NCBI RefSeq assembly: GCF_000027125.1
Contig: NC_017626.1
From: Escherichia coli 042
Lineage (GTDB): Bacteria > Pseudomonadota > Gammaproteobacteria > Enterobacterales > Enterobacteriaceae
Direction: 5' to 3' (one strand)
Length of the DNA: 64,000 nt
Position 1 is the stretch's first letter. Each line of letters starts with the position of its first letter. The notes beneath the pieces are model-generated. The model saw only the letters and a list, made by a program, of their open reading frames with translations, had not been told where the DNA came from and made no database searches. Shown here piece after piece: positions 12,242-23,649 of the stretch. The translations under genes were made by a program, and so were the position numbers.

Positions 12242-13615
12242 ATGTCTGTACAGCAAATCGACTGGGATCTGGCCCTGATCCAGAAATATAACTATTCCGG
12301 GCCACGATACACCTCGTACCCGACCGCGCTGGAGTTTTCAGAAGACTTCGGCGAACAGGCGTTTTTACAAGCCGTGGCGCGCTATCCTGAGCGTCCATTA
12401 TCTCTCTACGTACATATTCCGTTCTGCCATAAGCTTTGTTACTTCTGCGGTTGCAATAAGATTGTTACTCGCCAGCAGCACAAGGCCGATCAGTATCTGG
12501 ACGCGCTGGAGCAAGAAATCGTCCATCGTGCACCGCTGTTCGCCGGGCGTCACGTCAGCCAATTGCACTGGGGCGGTGGTACGCCGACGTATCTGAACAA
12601 AGCGCAAATCAGCCGTCTGATGAAGCTGCTGCGCGAAAACTTCCAGTTCAATGCCGATGCGGAGATTTCGATCGAAGTCGATCCGCGTGAAATCGAACTG
12701 GATGTACTCGATCATTTACGCGCCGAGGGCTTTAATCGCCTGAGCATGGGCGTGCAGGACTTCAACAAAGAAGTGCAACGTCTGGTTAACCGCGAGCAGG
12801 ATGAAGAGTTCATCTTTGCACTGCTTAACCATGCGCGTGAGATTGGTTTTACCTCCACCAACATCGACCTGATTTACGGCCTGCCGAAACAGACGCCGGA
12901 GAGTTTCGCCTTTACCCTGAAACGCGTGGCGGAGCTGAACCCCGATCGTCTGAGTGTCTTCAACTACGCGCATCTGCCGACCATTTTTGCTGCTCAGCGC
13001 AAAATCAAAGATGCTGACTTGCCGAGTCCGCAGCAAAAACTCGATATCCTGCAGGAAACCATCGCCTTCCTGACGCAATCGGGCTATCAGTTTATCGGTA
13101 TGGATCACTTTGCTCGCCCGGATGACGAGCTGGCGGTGGCCCAGCGTGAAGGCGTGCTGCATCGTAACTTCCAGGGCTACACCACTCAGGGCGATACCGA
13201 TCTGCTGGGGATGGGCGTTTCCGCCATCAGCATGATTGGCGACTGCTACGCGCAGAACCAGAAAGAGTTGAAGCAGTACTATCAGCAAGTGGATGAACAA
13301 GGCAATGCGCTGTGGCGTGGTATTGCGCTAACGCGTGATGACTGTATTCGCCGCGATGTGATTAAGTCGCTCATCTGCAACTTCCGTCTGGATTTCGCCC
13401 CCATTGAGCAACAGTGGGATTTGCACTTCCCTGATTACTTTGCCGAAGATCTCAAGCTGCTCGCCCCGTTAGCAAAAGATGGGCTGGTGGATGTGGATGA
13501 GAAGGGGATTCAGGTGACGGCGAAAGGTCGCCTGCTTATCCGCAACATTTGCATGTGCTTTGATACCTATCTGCGCCAGAAAGCGCGGATGCAGCAGTTC
13601 TCTCGGGTGATTTAA
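12242..13615 (+). CDS. hemN: Oxygen-independent coproporphyrinogen III oxidase (radical SAM)
   Basis: 457-aa product; radical-SAM CxxxCxxC (CHKLCYFCGC). Confidence 0.93.
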   Translation: MSVQQIDWDLALIQKYNYSGPRYTSYPTALEFSEDFGEQAFLQAVARYPERPLSLYVHIPFCHKLCYFCGCNKIVTRQQHKADQYLDALEQEIVHRAPLFAGRHVSQLHWGGGTPTYLNKAQISRLMKLLRENFQFNADAEISIEVDPREIELDVLDHLRAEGFNRLSMGVQDFNKEVQRLVNREQDEEFIFALLNHAREIGFTSTNIDLIYGLPKQTPESFAFTLKRVAELNPDRLSVFNYAHLPTIFAAQRKIKDADLPSPQQKLDILQETIAFLTQSGYQFIGMDHFARPDDELAVAQREGVLHRNFQGYTTQGDTDLLGMGVSAISMIGDCYAQNQKELKQYYQQVDEQGNALWRGIALTRDDCIRRDVIKSLICNFRLDFAPIEQQWDLHFPDYFAEDLKLLAPLAKDGLVDVDEKGIQVTAKGRLLIRNICMCFDTYLRQKARMQQFSRVI

Positions 13616-13682
13616 ATAGTGAATGGCGCTTCGTTTACAAAGTAGAAAACGAAAGCGCCATCAATGTGCTGAGAACAAGATT

Positions 13683-13773
13683 GCCTGATGCGCTACGCTT
13701 ATCAGGCCTACAAAACCTGTTGAAAATATTGCTTTTGTAGGCCGGATAAGGCGTTCACGCCGCATCCGGCATG
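13683..13773. repeat. REP/BIME palindromic elements
   Basis: GCCTGATGCGCTACGCTTATCAGGCC and GCCGGATAAGGCGTTCACGCCGCATCCGGC. Confidence 0.7.
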
Positions 13774-13804
13774 AACAAAGAGCACTTCATCAGCAATCTG
13801 AAAC

Positions 13805-13915
13805 TCAACTAAACAGCCCAATCATTGCGGCACACAGCACGGCAGCAACGGCAGTTTGCGGTGTGTGGCTGTCAACTGCGCCACTCGATACCAGATTAAT
13901 TATTGATTCCAGCAT
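13805..13915 (-). CDS. yshB: Small membrane protein YshB (36 aa)
   Basis: Minus-strand ORF MLESIINLVSSGAVDSHTPQTAVAAVLCAAMIGLFS read directly from sequence; absent from ORF track because under its size cutoff. Confidence 0.55.
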   Translation of the reverse strand: MLESIINLVSSGAVDSHTPQTAVAAVLCAAMIGLFS

Positions 13916-14026
13916 AATGACTCTCCCCGTTTTCCGGGCAAGATCATACTGAACTTATCGGAACAGTAAAGCGCAAAATACCAGCAATTTGCGCTCAATA
14001 ATCAATCTTTACACACAAGCCGTGAA

Positions 14027-15436
14027 TCACTCCATCCCCAGCTCTTTTAACTTACGCGTCAGAGTGTTGCGGCCCCAGCCGAGTAGCCGCGCCGCTTCCT
14101 GTTTATGCCCCTGCGTATGTCGCAATGCGGTTGTCAGTAAAGTCCGCTCCAGCTCAGGCTGCGCTTCGGAAAGCAGATTTTGATGACCGGAACGCAGCGC
14201 CCTGTCTGCCCACTGCGCTAACAGCGTCGCCCAACTGTCCGGTTGCATATGCGAAGTACTCTCCGCAACCGTTGACTCAAACAGTTCGCTGGGCAAATCC
14301 TGAATCAACACTTCCTGTCCGGCAGCCATCACCGTTAGCCAGCGACAGGTGTTTTCCAGCTGGCGTACGTTACCCGGCCATGCCAGACGCGTCAGCGCGG
14401 CTTCGGTTTCCGGATGCAGCAACTTCGCTTCTACGCCCAGCTCGCGCGCGGCAACCTGTAAAAAATGACGTGCCAGACGGGGAATATCTTCCCGACGCTC
14501 ACGCAGTGGCGGCAGATGAACGCGGATGACGTTCAGGCGGTGGAACAGATCCTCACGGAACTTACCTTCCTGCACCCGCTGTTCAAGATTCTGGTGAGTG
14601 GCAGCGATAATCCGCACATCCACTTTCACCGGCGCATAGCCGCCAACGCGATAAAACTGACCGTCTGCCAGCACGCGCAGCAAACGCGTCTGCACATCCA
14701 GCGGCATATCACCAATTTCGTCGAGAAATAACGTGCCGCCATCGGCCTGTTCAAAACGCCCCTGACGAATGGTGTTCGCGCCAGTAAACGCGCCTTTCTC
14801 GTGACCAAACAGTTCTGATTCGATCAAATCCTTCGGGATAGCCGCCATATTCAGCGCGATAAATGGCGCTTTGGCTCGCGGACTGTGGCGATGCAGGGCA
14901 TGAGCGACCAGTTCTTTACCGGTGCCGGATTCGCCGTTAATCAGCACGCTAATAGAAGAACGCGAAAGCCGACCGATAATACGGAACACGTCCTGCATGG
15001 CTGGCGCTTCGCCGATGATATCGGTCGTTGGGCCGTTAAGCTGAACATTACGCGGCTGCTGCTGTTCCTGGTAATGACTGATGGCGCGCTCAACCAGCGC
15101 GACGGCTTCGTCGATATCAAACGGTTTGGGCAGATAATCAAACGCCCCTTGTTGATAGGCGCTGACGGCAGCATCCAGATCGGAATGTGCGGTCATAATG
15201 ATGACCGGAAGCATCGGATGGCGCTGTTTAATCTGCTTGAGCAGCGCCAGCCCGTCCATTCCCGGCATACGGATATCTGAAAGCAGCACATCCGGCGTTT
15301 TGCTCGCCAGCGCCTCCAGTACCTCCGCGCCGTTCTCAAATGTCGTACAGGTTAAACCCGCTCCAGCGAGCGCACGTTCAAGCACCCAACGGATGGAACT
15401 ATCGTCATCGACTACCCAGACTATCCCTCGTTGCAT
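14027..15436 (-). CDS. glnG: Nitrogen regulation response regulator NtrC (sigma54 activator)
   Basis: 469-aa product from [12 protein letters not shown]; receiver domain, AAA+ GESGTGKE, C-terminal HTH. Confidence 0.95.
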   Translation of the reverse strand: MQRGIVWVVDDDSSIRWVLERALAGAGLTCTTFENGAEVLEALASKTPDVLLSDIRMPGMDGLALLKQIKQRHPMLPVIIMTAHSDLDAAVSAYQQGAFDYLPKPFDIDEAVALVERAISHYQEQQQPRNVQLNGPTTDIIGEAPAMQDVFRIIGRLSRSSISVLINGESGTGKELVAHALHRHSPRAKAPFIALNMAAIPKDLIESELFGHEKGAFTGANTIRQGRFEQADGGTLFLDEIGDMPLDVQTRLLRVLADGQFYRVGGYAPVKVDVRIIAATHQNLEQRVQEGKFREDLFHRLNVIRVHLPPLRERREDIPRLARHFLQVAARELGVEAKLLHPETEAALTRLAWPGNVRQLENTCRWLTVMAAGQEVLIQDLPSELFESTVAESTSHMQPDSWATLLAQWADRALRSGHQNLLSEAQPELERTLLTTALRHTQGHKQEAARLLGWGRNTLTRKLKELGME

Positions 15437-15447
15437 AAACGTCACCT

Positions 15448-16497
15448 TTATTTCCTGATAGGCAGGTAAACCGAGAACTCGGTATGACCTGGCCAACTGG
15501 TAAATTCAATTTTGCCTGAATGCTGATCAATCAAATTACGGGCGATGGATAAGCCAAGCCCGGTGCCACCTTCGCGGCCGCTGACCATCGGGTAAAACAG
15601 CGTATCCTGCAAATGAGGCGGAATACCTGGCCCGTTATCTTCCACATCAATTCGCGCCGCCAGCCGATAACGCTCGCCGTGTAAGGTCAGTTGGAAAGCT
15701 GTGCGGGTACGCAGAATGATTTCACCACCCTCTGGCCCCAGCGCCTGTAGCGCATTGCGCACAATATTCAGGAGCACTTGCTCAATTTGATCCGGGTCGT
15801 GCGCCAGTTCCGGCAGGCTGGGGTCGTAATCACGAATCAACCGCACGTTGTCCGGCAGTTCCATCGACACCAGCGTCACCACGCGTTCAGCCACTTTATG
15901 AATACTTTCGGTAACGCGCGTACCGGGCAGTTGCGGTCCCAACAGACGGTCGACCAGATTTCGCAGCCGGTCCGCCTGTTCGATAATAACTTTGGTATAT
16001 TCGAGTAGTGACGGGTCAGGTAATGCTTTGCTGAGCAGCTGCGCCGCGCCACGTAAACCGCCAAGCGGATTTTTAATCTCATGTGCCAGGCCGCGCACTA
16101 AATCACGGGCAGCAACCTGCTGGGCGTGCTGTAGCTGTTCCTGACTTAAGCGGCGCTGGTTATCCATCGGTGCCATCTCCAGCAGGATCATGCCGTCCGG
16201 CATACGCTGGGCCGTCACAGAAAGGATATGCGAGCGCCCGTCGATGACCAGCGTCACTTCGTTATCGGTAAAACCTTGCCCCGCCTCCAGACTTTCTTGC
16301 ATCAGCTCGATATTTAATGAGAAGTAGCTCAACAGTTCCGGTAACGGTGTACCAAACAATTTGCGGGAGCTTTGGGCGAGCAGTTGTTGCGCGGCGGGGT
16401 TGGCGTAATGGATCGCCAGGTTGTCATCGATTAACAAAATACTGTTAATCAGCGAGTTGAGGATCTGCCCAGCATCGGGCTGCGTGCCTGTTGCCAT
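15448..16497 (-). CDS. glnL: Nitrogen regulation sensor kinase NtrB
   Basis: 349-aa ORF; H-box HEIKNPL, ATP-binding G-boxes. Confidence 0.93.
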
Positions 16498-16670
16498 AAA
16501 GCAGTCTCCTGAACAGGTTGCACCATTTTAGTGCATTATAGCTTTTTACGGATAAAAAGCGCGAAGCATCAGAGAATTGACGGAGAAAAAAGCCCATGCA
16601 GAGATGGGCTGAAAGTTTCCACGGCAACTAAATCCCGGCGTTGTTGCGCCGGGTAGTACAACTTCAACTA

Positions 16671-18080
16671 TTAGACGCTGTAGTACAGCTCAAACTCTAC
16701 CGGATGCGGAGTCATACGCACGCGGTCATCTTCTTCGCGACGCAGAGCGATGTACGCATCGATCGCTTCATCAGTGAACACGCCACCGGCTTTCAGGAAC
16801 TCGCGGTCCAGATCCAGTTCGTTCAGTGCTTCTTCCAGAGAGCCTGCAACTTGTGGGATCTCTTTCGCTTCTTCTGGCGGCAGGTCATACAGGTTTTTGT
16901 CCATGGCTTCGCCCGGATGGATCTTGTTCTTGATACCATCAAGACCGGCCATCAGCAGGGCAGCAAAGCACAGGTACGGGTTAGCCGCCGGATCCGGGAA
17001 ACGTACTTCGATACGACGTGCTTTCGGAGAAGAAACCACCGGAATACGGATAGACGCAGAACGGTTGCGTGCAGAGTAAGCCAGCATTACCGGTGCTTCG
17101 TAGCCCGGGACCAGACGCTTATAAGAGTTGGTGGTCGGGTTTGCCAGGGCGTTAATCGCTTTAGCGTGTTTGATTACGCCGCCAATGTAGTACAGCGCCT
17201 GCTCAGACAGACCTGCGTATTTGTCGCCTGCGAACAGGTTAACGCCGTTTTTAGACAGAGACATGTGGCAGTGCATACCGGAGCCGTTATCACCGAACAT
17301 CGGTTTTGGCATAAAGGTCGCGGTTTTACCGAAGCGGTGCGCTACGTTGTGCACAACATATTTGTAGATCTGAATTTCGTCAGCTTTTTTGGTCATGGTA
17401 TTGAAGCGGGTAGCCACTTCGTTCTGACCAGCAGTCGCTACTTCGTGGTGATGGGCTTCAACCACCAGACCCATCTGTTCCATCACCAGACACATTTCAG
17501 AACGAATATCCTGAGCAGAGTCTACCGGCGGAACCGGGAAGTAACCGCCTTTCACTGCCGGACGGTGACCTTTGTTACCACCTTCGTATTGGGTGGAGGA
17601 GTTCCATGCGCCTTCGATATCGTCGATAGCAACGTGGGAACCGGAGATAGAAGATCCGAAACGGATGTCATCGAACAGGAAGAATTCAGGTTCTGGCCCG
17701 AACAGTACGGTGTCGGCAATGCCAGTGGAACGCAGGTAATCTTCGGCGCGCTTCGCAATAGAGCGCGGGTCACGGTCATAGCCTTGCAGGGTGCCAGGTT
17801 CAAGGATGTCGCAACGGATAATCAGGGTAGAATCGGCGAAGAACGGGTCAATCACTGCGGTGGACGCGTCTGGCATCAGCACCATGTCGGATTCGTTAAT
17901 GCCTTTCCAGCCGCCAATCGAGGAGCCGTCAAACATTTTGCCTTCTTCGAAGAATTCAGCATTCACCTGATGAGCAGGGATAGTGACGTGCTGTTCTTTA
18001 CCTTTGGTATCGGTGAAGCGCAAATCAACAAACTTCACTTCGTGCTCGTTCAGCATCGTCAGTACGTGTTCAGCGGACAT
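16671..18080 (-). CDS. glnA: Glutamine synthetase
   Basis: 469-aa [31 protein letters not shown]...; adenylylation-site region NPYL. Confidence 0.97.
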
Positions 18081-18159
18081 ACTTTAACTCTCCTGGATTG
18101 GTCATGGTCGTCGTGGTAACGAAATCTGCAATTATTTTGGCCGTGTCGCCGTAAAAAAG

Positions 18160-18185
18160 ATAAAGCGAAATCTGTGCCAACTTTT
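18160..18185 (-). promoter_or_regulatory. glnAp2 sigma54 promoter
   Basis: Minus-strand TTGGCACAGATTTCGCT matches TGGCAC-N5-TTGC(A/T) -24/-12 consensus. Confidence 0.8.
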
Positions 18186-18249
18186 AAATTGCCCCTAAAA
18201 GGCGTTATCATGCTTAACATCGTGCAAAAGGGCTGCACCATGATGTGAA

Positions 18250-18305
18250 TGTTGCACCAATATAGTGCTTCAATGGAAACATTAAGCACCATATTGGTGC
18301 AATGA
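18250..18305 (-). promoter_or_regulatory. NtrC enhancer binding sites upstream of glnA
   Basis: Two TGCACCA-N-GGTGCA-like palindromes (TGCACCAATATAGTGC, GCACCATATTGGTGCA). Confidence 0.7.
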
Positions 18306-18452
18306 CCTTTGGATAACCCTTTTTATGCTCCGTGAAAGCGATCACAAAGGGACTCTGCAATACTTGTTTGCGGAGGATGTTTGTGATCCTGTTTTGTAGT
18401 GCGATTAATCCGTGTACAATAACGCGCTATTTCTAATGCCTGAGGCAAAGTT

Positions 18453-20276
18453 GTGATCGAAAAATTGCGTAATATCGCCATCATCGCGCACGTAGACCAT
18501 GGTAAAACCACCCTGGTAGACAAGCTGCTCCAACAATCCGGTACGTTCGACTCTCGTGCCGAAACCCAAGAGCGCGTGATGGACTCCAACGATTTGGAGA
18601 AAGAGCGTGGGATTACCATCCTCGCGAAAAACACCGCTATCAAATGGAATGATTACCGTATCAACATCGTTGATACCCCGGGGCACGCCGACTTCGGTGG
18701 TGAAGTTGAACGTGTAATGTCCATGGTAGACTCAGTGCTGCTGGTGGTTGACGCATTTGACGGCCCGATGCCGCAAACGCGCTTCGTAACCAAAAAAGCG
18801 TTTGCTTACGGCCTGAAGCCGATTGTTGTTATCAACAAAGTTGACCGCCCTGGCGCGCGTCCTGATTGGGTTGTGGATCAGGTATTCGATCTGTTCGTTA
18901 ACCTCGACGCGACCGACGAGCAGCTGGACTTCCCGATCGTTTACGCTTCTGCGCTGAACGGTATCGCGGGTCTGGACCACGAAGATATGGCGGAAGACAT
19001 GACCCCGCTGTATCAGGCGATTGTTGACCACGTTCCTGCGCCGGACGTTGACCTTGACGGTCCGTTCCAGATGCAGATTTCTCAGCTCGATTACAACAGC
19101 TATGTTGGCGTTATCGGCATTGGCCGCATCAAGCGCGGTAAAGTGAAGCCGAACCAGCAGGTCACTATCATCGATAGCGAAGGCAAAACCCGTAACGCGA
19201 AAGTCGGTAAAGTGCTGGGCCACCTCGGTCTGGAACGTATTGAAACCGATCTGGCGGAAGCTGGCGATATCGTGGCGATCACGGGCCTGGGCGAACTGAA
19301 CATTTCTGACACCGTTTGCGACACGCAAAACGTTGAAGCGCTGCCGGCACTCTCCGTTGATGAGCCGACCGTTTCTATGTTCTTCTGCGTTAACACCTCG
19401 CCGTTCTGCGGTAAAGAAGGTAAGTTCGTAACGTCTCGTCAGATCCTGGATCGTCTGAACAAAGAACTGGTACACAACGTTGCGCTGCGCGTAGAAGAAA
19501 CCGAAGACGCCGATGCGTTCCGCGTTTCTGGTCGTGGCGAACTGCACCTGTCTGTTCTTATCGAAAACATGCGTCGTGAAGGTTTCGAACTGGCGGTATC
19601 CCGTCCGAAAGTAATCTTCCGTGAAATCGACGGTCGTAAACAAGAGCCGTATGAAAACGTGACGCTGGACGTTGAAGAACAGCATCAGGGTTCTGTGATG
19701 CAGGCGCTGGGCGAACGTAAAGGCGACCTGAAAAACATGAATCCAGACGGTAAAGGCCGCGTACGTCTCGACTACGTGATCCCAAGCCGTGGTCTGATTG
19801 GCTTCCGTTCTGAGTTCATGACCATGACTTCCGGTACTGGTCTGCTGTACTCCACCTTCAGCCACTACGACGACGTACGTCCGGGTGAAGTGGGTCAGCG
19901 TCAGAACGGCGTACTGATCTCTAACGGTCAGGGTAAAGCGGTAGCGTTCGCGCTGTTCGGTCTGCAGGATCGCGGTAAGCTGTTCCTCGGTCACGGTGCA
20001 GAAGTTTACGAAGGTCAGATTATCGGTATTCACAGCCGCTCTAACGACCTGACTGTAAACTGCCTGACCGGTAAGAAACTGACCAACATGCGTGCTTCCG
20101 GTACTGACGAAGCCGTTGTTCTGGTTCCGCCTATCCGCATGACTCTGGAACAAGCTCTGGAGTTCATCGATGATGACGAACTGGTAGAAGTGACTCCAAC
20201 CTCTATCCGTATTCGTAAACGTCACCTGACGGAAAACGATCGTCGCCGTGCCAACCGCGCACCGAAAGACGATTAA
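18453..20276 (+). CDS. typA: Ribosome-associated translational GTPase BipA/TypA
   Basis: 607-aa ORF, GTG start; [10 protein letters not shown]1 motif; EF-G-like. Confidence 0.95.
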   Translation: MIEKLRNIAIIAHVDHGKTTLVDKLLQQSGTFDSRAETQERVMDSNDLEKERGITILAKNTAIKWNDYRINIVDTPGHADFGGEVERVMSMVDSVLLVVDAFDGPMPQTRFVTKKAFAYGLKPIVVINKVDRPGARPDWVVDQVFDLFVNLDATDEQLDFPIVYASALNGIAGLDHEDMAEDMTPLYQAIVDHVPAPDVDLDGPFQMQISQLDYNSYVGVIGIGRIKRGKVKPNQQVTIIDSEGKTRNAKVGKVLGHLGLERIETDLAEAGDIVAITGLGELNISDTVCDTQNVEALPALSVDEPTVSMFFCVNTSPFCGKEGKFVTSRQILDRLNKELVHNVALRVEETEDADAFRVSGRGELHLSVLIENMRREGFELAVSRPKVIFREIDGRKQEPYENVTLDVEEQHQGSVMQALGERKGDLKNMNPDGKGRVRLDYVIPSRGLIGFRSEFMTMTSGTGLLYSTFSHYDDVRPGEVGQRQNGVLISNGQGKAVAFALFGLQDRGKLFLGHGAEVYEGQIIGIHSRSNDLTVNCLTGKKLTNMRASGTDEAVVLVPPIRMTLEQALEFIDDDELVEVTPTSIRIRKRHLTENDRRRANRAPKDD

Positions 20277-20294
20277 TTTCGTTTTTCAGTCATA

Positions 20295-20326
20295 AAAAAC
20301 CTGCCATTGCTGGCAGGTTTTTTTTT
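20295..20326 (+). terminator. typA intrinsic terminator
   Basis: Hairpin CCTGCCATTGCTGGCAGG followed by T9. Confidence 0.8.
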
Positions 20327-20492
20327 ACCTGTCGTGAGCGCACACCAATGCGAGTATCTCCCTTATAAGTCTGTGATTACGTCAATAGAGAGCTTTGTCA
20401 CAATTATCTGCAAAGTCATACACCGTTAATTGCTTTCTTTTTTGGCGTAAGCGTAAGATGCTTCATCTGGTTTAAACCAAAAGGATTAAACA

Positions 20493-21203
20493 ATGGCGGA
20501 GAATCAATCCACCGTAGAAAATGCAAAAGAGAAACTGGATCGGTGGTTGAAAGATGGCATCACCACGCCGGGTGGAAAACTCCCTTCAGAAAGAGAGCTG
20601 GGAGAACTGCTGGGCATTAAACGTATGACGCTGCGCCAGGCGTTGTTGAACCTCGAGGCAGAATCCAAAATCTTCCGTAAGGATCGTAAGGGGTGGTTCG
20701 TGACCCAGCCGCGATTTAATTACAGTCCGGAGCTGTCAGCGAGCTTTCAGCGGGCCGCAATTGAGCAAGGACGAGAGCCTTCCTGGGGGTTTACCGAGAA
20801 AAACCGTACCAGCGATATTCCCGAGACGCTCGCGCCACTGATTGCAGTGACACCATCAACTGAACTCTATCGCATCACCGGCTGGGGGGCGCTGGAAGGA
20901 CATAAAGTTTTCTATCACGAAACATATATTAATCCTGAAGTTGCTCCGGGTTTTATTGAACAACTTGAAAACCACTCATTTTCTGCAGTCTGGGAAAAGT
21001 GCTACCAAAAAGAGACGGTAGTAAAAAAATTGATTTTCAAACCCGTCAGAATGCCGGGCGATATCAGCAAGTATCTTGGCGGTTCTGTGGGTATGCCAGC
21101 GATCTTAATTGAAAAGCATCGCGCCGACCAGCAAGGCAATATTGTCCAGATAGATATTGAATATTGGCGATTTGAGGCCGTAGACCTCATCATTAATCTG
21201 TAG
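20493..21203 (+). CDS. yihL: GntR-family transcriptional regulator YihL
   Basis: 236-aa ORF; N-terminal HTH-like region then effector-binding domain. Confidence 0.8.
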   Translation: MAENQSTVENAKEKLDRWLKDGITTPGGKLPSERELGELLGIKRMTLRQALLNLEAESKIFRKDRKGWFVTQPRFNYSPELSASFQRAAIEQGREPSWGFTEKNRTSDIPETLAPLIAVTPSTELYRITGWGALEGHKVFYHETYINPEVAPGFIEQLENHSFSAVWEKCYQKETVVKKLIFKPVRMPGDISKYLGGSVGMPAILIEKHRADQQGNIVQIDIEYWRFEAVDLIINL

Positions 21204-21210
21204 GTGTTTT

Positions 21211-22191
21211 ATGGTGACAATAAATAACGCAAGAAAGATTCTACAACGTGTCGACACTCTTCCTCTTTATTTACATGCTTATGCCTTTCATTTAAATATG
21301 CGGCTGGAAAGAGTGTTGCCTGCTGATTTACTTGATATCGCAAGTGAAAATAATCTACGTGGCGTCAAAATCCATGTTCTGGATGGCGAGCGTTTTTCTC
21401 TTGGTAATATGGACGATAAAGAACTCTCTGCCTTTGGGGATAAAGCCCGCCGTCTGAACCTTGATATTCATATTGAAACCAGCGCTTCAGATAAGGCATC
21501 TATTGACGAAGCCGTCGCCATTGCGTTGAAAACTGGGGCATCGTCCGTACGTTTTTATCCACGTTATGAAGGTAATTTGCGCGACGTATTATCGATCATC
21601 GCTAACGACATTGCCTATGTACGGGAAACGTATCAGGACAGCGGCCTGACTTTTACGATCGAACAGCATGAAGATTTAAAAAGCCATGAGCTGGTGTCGC
21701 TGGTCAAAGAAAGTGAGATGGAATCTCTTTCCTTACTGTTTGATTTTGCGAACATGATCAATGCAAATGAGCATCCCATCGACGCTTTAAAAACGATGGC
21801 ACCGCATATTACCCAGGTCCATATCAAAGATGCCTTGATCGTTAAAGAAGAGGGTGGCCTGGGTCATAAAGCCTGTATTTCAGGTCAGGGTGATATGCCG
21901 TTCAAAGCGTTATTAACGCACCTTATATGCCTGGGTGATGATGAGCCGCAGGTGACGGCATATGGCCTGGAAGAAGAGGTTGATTACTATGCGCCGGCGT
22001 TCCGCTTTGAAGACGAAGATGATAATCCGTGGATCCCTTATCGCCAGATGAGTGAAACACCATTGCCAGAAAATCATTTACTGGATGCGCGGTTACGTAA
22101 AGAAAAAGAAGATGCAATTAATCAGATAAATCATGTCCGTAACGTACTACAACAAATCAAACAAGAGGCAAACCATCTTCTGAACCACTAA
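21211..22191 (+). CDS. yihM: Sugar-phosphate isomerase/epimerase-like (TIM barrel) YihM
   Basis: 326-aa ORF in conserved position. Confidence 0.78.
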   Translation: MVTINNARKILQRVDTLPLYLHAYAFHLNMRLERVLPADLLDIASENNLRGVKIHVLDGERFSLGNMDDKELSAFGDKARRLNLDIHIETSASDKASIDEAVAIALKTGASSVRFYPRYEGNLRDVLSIIANDIAYVRETYQDSGLTFTIEQHEDLKSHELVSLVKESEMESLSLLFDFANMINANEHPIDALKTMAPHITQVHIKDALIVKEEGGLGHKACISGQGDMPFKALLTHLICLGDDEPQVTAYGLEEEVDYYAPAFRFEDEDDNPWIPYRQMSETPLPENHLLDARLRKEKEDAINQINHVRNVLQQIKQEANHLLNH

Positions 22192-22292
22192 TAAGTTTTA
22201 ACTCATACGCAGTTAATAAAACCATTCGATATGAATGGTCGGTATCTTATTGCCTTTAAAACAGTGATTTTAAAAATCGCTTAGGGGATGTT

Positions 22293-23558
22293 ATGCTCAC
22301 GAAAAAGAAATGGGCGTTATTTAGTCTATTAACATTGTGTGGCGGTACAATTTATAAATTACCGTCGCTGAAAGATGCGTTTTATATCCCGATGCAGGAA
22401 TATTTCCATTTGACCAATGGTCAAATTGGTAATGCTATGTCGGTAAACTCATTTGTCACGACAGTGGGCTTTTTTCTGTCTATTTATTTTGCCGATAAAC
22501 TACCGCGCAGATACACCATGTCATTCTCACTCATTGCGACAGGATTACTGGGTGTTTATTTGACGACAATGCCGGGATATTGGGGCATCCTCTTTGTCTG
22601 GGCGCTATTTGGCGTTACTTGCGACATGATGAACTGGCCGGTCTTGCTCAAGTCGGTAAGTCGATTGGGCAATAGCGAACAACAAGGTCGGTTGTTTGGC
22701 TTCTTCGAAACAGGGCGTGGCATTGTCGATACCGTGGTGGCATTTTCTGCGTTGGCAGTATTTACCTGGTTTGGCAGTGGCTTATTGGGTTTTAAAGCAG
22801 GCATCTGGTTCTATTCCCTTATTGTGATTGCCGTAGGCATTATCATTTTCTTTGTTCTGAATGACAAAGAAGAGGCACCGTCCGTTGAGGTGAAAAAAGA
22901 AGACGGAGCATCGAAAAACACCAGTATGACCTCGGTGCTGAAAGACAAAACTATCTGGCTTATCGCTTTCAACGTCTTCTTCGTTTACGCGGTTTACTGT
23001 GGCCTGACATTCTTCATTCCATTCCTGAAAAACATCTATCTATTGCCCGTTGCGCTGGTGGGGGCTTACGGCATCATTAACCAATACTGTCTGAAAATGA
23101 TTGGTGGACCGATTGGTGGCATGATTTCAGATAAGATCCTGAAATCGCCGAGTAAATATCTATGCTACACCTTTATCATCAGTACCGCTGCGCTCGTACT
23201 GTTGATTATGCTGCCGCACGAAAGTATGCCGGTATATTTAGGGATGGCATGTACGCTGGGCTTTGGCGCGATAGTCTTTACACAGCGAGCCGTATTTTTT
23301 GCACCTATCGGCGAAGCAAAAATTGCTGAAAATAAAACAGGCGCGGCGATGGCGTTGGGTAGCTTTATTGGTTACGCCCCGGCGATGTTCTGCTTCAGTC
23401 TGTATGGCTACATTCTGGATTTAAATCCGGGGATTATTGGCTACAAAATCGTGTTTGGCATTATGGCCTGCTTCGCATTCTGTGGTGCGGTGGTTTCCGT
23501 AATGCTGGTTAAGCGTATTAGCCAACGTAAGAAAGAGATGCTGGCGGCTGAAGCTTGA
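22293..23558 (+). CDS. yihN: MFS-type transporter YihN
   Basis: 421-aa ORF, about 12 predicted TM helices. Confidence 0.82.
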   Translation: MLTKKKWALFSLLTLCGGTIYKLPSLKDAFYIPMQEYFHLTNGQIGNAMSVNSFVTTVGFFLSIYFADKLPRRYTMSFSLIATGLLGVYLTTMPGYWGILFVWALFGVTCDMMNWPVLLKSVSRLGNSEQQGRLFGFFETGRGIVDTVVAFSALAVFTWFGSGLLGFKAGIWFYSLIVIAVGIIIFFVLNDKEEAPSVEVKKEDGASKNTSMTSVLKDKTIWLIAFNVFFVYAVYCGLTFFIPFLKNIYLLPVALVGAYGIINQYCLKMIGGPIGGMISDKILKSPSKYLCYTFIISTAALVLLIMLPHESMPVYLGMACTLGFGAIVFTQRAVFFAPIGEAKIAENKTGAAMALGSFIGYAPAMFCFSLYGYILDLNPGIIGYKIVFGIMACFAFCGAVVSVMLVKRISQRKKEMLAAEA

Positions 23559-23562
23559 TTAA

Positions 23563-23642
23563 TGGCCGGATGTGGCTTAATCCGGCCAACGGAAACCGTA
23601 TCAACCGTAGGCCGGATAAGGCGTTTTCGCCGCATCCGGCAG
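23563..23642. repeat. REP/BIME palindromic elements
   Basis: GGCCGGATGTGGCTTAATCCGGCC and GCCGGATAAGGCGTTTTCGCCGCATCCGGC. Confidence 0.7.
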
Positions 23643-23649
23643 TTTTACA

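Noticed and set aside
16641-18119. 492-aa plus-strand ORF antisense to glnA
   Set aside because: Fully overlaps glutamine synthetase on the opposite strand; the minus-strand product is unmistakably GlnA, while the plus-strand translation is low-complexity and Arg/Val/His-rich. Long stop-free antisense frames are a known artefact of codon bias.
18732-20225. 497-aa minus-strand ORF antisense to typA/bipA
   Set aside because: Same reasoning: the plus-strand product is a clear translational GTPase; the antisense frame has no start context or recognisable motifs.
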